NCBI GenBank assembly: GCA_965263375.1
Contig: OZ253669.1
Location: 1,038,282-1,102,281, forward strand
Source: Parvularculaceae bacterium
GTDB lineage: Bacteria > Pseudomonadota > Alphaproteobacteria > Caulobacterales > Parvularculaceae
DNA length: 64,000 nucleotides
Direction of reading: 5' to 3'
How positions within the stretch are numbered: position 1 is the stretch's first letter; every line of letters starts with the position of its first letter. A program made the position numbers and the translations under genes. Shown here piece after piece: positions 63,247 through 64,000 of the stretch. The notes below the pieces were generated by a model. That model did no database searches. It was not told the origin of the DNA and saw only the letters and a list, made by a program, of their open reading frames with translations.

Positions 63247-64000
63247 ATGAGCAACGAAAGCGTTTCCATTATTGCGCAAAAAGTTCGCAGTGCGATGATC
63301 AATGCGGACGGTTTCCCTGAATTAACAAGGTTAAGTACGGTTGTCGCAAAGACGACGGCGGCGGCGGCTGGTGAAATGTTAAACGTTCCAGCCCAAGGAA
63401 TGGTCGCGTTTAAAAAGATTTATCAGTTAAAAGAAGCCCTAGATGATGCACCAGATTTTGGTTCTTTTTCTTGGATAAAGCATGGGCAAGGTCAAAAGGC
63501 GTTACTCGTCATTTTGGACAACCGCTTAGTCGCCTTGTTGACAGAACGTATGTTAGGCGGCGGGATTGTAAAACCGCCAGAAGACGCCACGCTCTCAAAG
63601 ATTGATGCTGCTTTGTCGTATAAATTTGTGGATGGATTGATTGGCCCTCTTAATCGGGCCATTCAAAAATTAACCGGTCCGCGACCTGACTTAATTTTGG
63701 GTAAACGCACTAGCATCAATACCCCTGAAGACGCTCTTGGCGAACTAGAAATGTTGACTATTTTCGAAGTTGCTGTCGATTTGATGATCGAGGAGAGCAC
63801 CATGATGGGCGCAATGCGCCTATGTTTCCCGGTTGATTATGTTGAGCAAGGCGACTTTCTAAAGGAACGCGCGGCCGCCTTAAAGACGAATGACAGCTCG
63901 CCATGGCGCTTGAAACTTGCCGCAAACGTAAAACAGCTAGAGCTCGATATCTCTATAGTATTATCGAAAATGTATTGTAGCGTGGGTGAACTATCCCGCT
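63247..64000 (+). CDS. fliM: flagellar motor switch protein FliM, N-terminal and middle part (runs off the right edge)
   Basis: My own translation from the ATG at 63247 stays open to the window end: MSNESVSIIAQKV...LVILDNRLVALLTERMLGGG.... The ...L..L..R.LGGG... block and the context (divergent from motB) suggest FliM. Not in the supplied ORF track because no stop lies in the window. Confidence 0.7.
   Translation, partial: MSNESVSIIAQKVRSAMINADGFPELTRLSTVVAKTTAAAAGEMLNVPAQGMVAFKKIYQLKEALDDAPDFGSFSWIKHGQGQKALLVILDNRLVALLTERMLGGGIVKPPEDATLSKIDAALSYKFVDGLIGPLNRAIQKLTGPRPDLILGKRTSINTPEDALGELEMLTIFEVAVDLMIEESTMMGAMRLCFPVDYVEQGDFLKERAAALKTNDSSPWRLKLAANVKQLELDISIVLSKMYCSVGELSR

Overview
Alphaproteobacterial-looking chromosomal window, roughly 50% G+C by eye. 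All homology calls come from motif recognition by eye and from memory; no searches were run.

Layout:
- 0-16.7 kb, housekeeping: etfA(partial)/etfB, glyQ, an NsrR-type regulator with a group III truncated haemoglobin, sdhCDA, rpmI-rplT, a UrcA-like gene, and a pheS-like / yciA-like / pheT-like trio.
- 16.8-21 kb: tRNA-Thr(CGU) followed by an AT-rich island remnant. It holds an orphan 2-TM protein, a perfect 5 x 18 bp tandem repeat, an orphan small terminase, an XRE regulator and an IS3-family element.
- 21-29 kb: aldo/keto reductase, then a LysR regulator divergent from a complete valine-catabolism operon (mmsA, enoyl-CoA hydratase, acyl-CoA dehydrogenase, 3-hydroxyisobutyryl-CoA hydrolase, mmsB).
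- 29-64 kb: a large alphaproteobacterial-type flagellar cluster. It covers the export gate, rod, hook, rings, C-ring, motAB, flagellin with flaF/flbT, two FliL paralogues and several uncharacterised embedded genes. Many genes are joined by overlapping stop/start codons.

Most unusual observations:
1. The pheS and pheT genes in the canonical rplT-downstream position are intact ORFs. They appear to have lost the class II catalytic motifs (alpha subunit) and the whole B3/4 editing domain (beta subunit), while keeping their tRNA-binding modules. A YciA-type thioesterase gene is translationally coupled between them.
2. The tRNA-Thr island contains a self-contained repeat unit, possibly a micro-gene encoding (LGTETM)x5, and an orphan membrane protein.
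3. The IS3 transposase is interrupted by an in-frame TGA lying inside a perfect 18-bp palindrome.
4. An 809-aa periplasmic AMIN-like/TPR-like protein is translationally coupled between motA and flgF.
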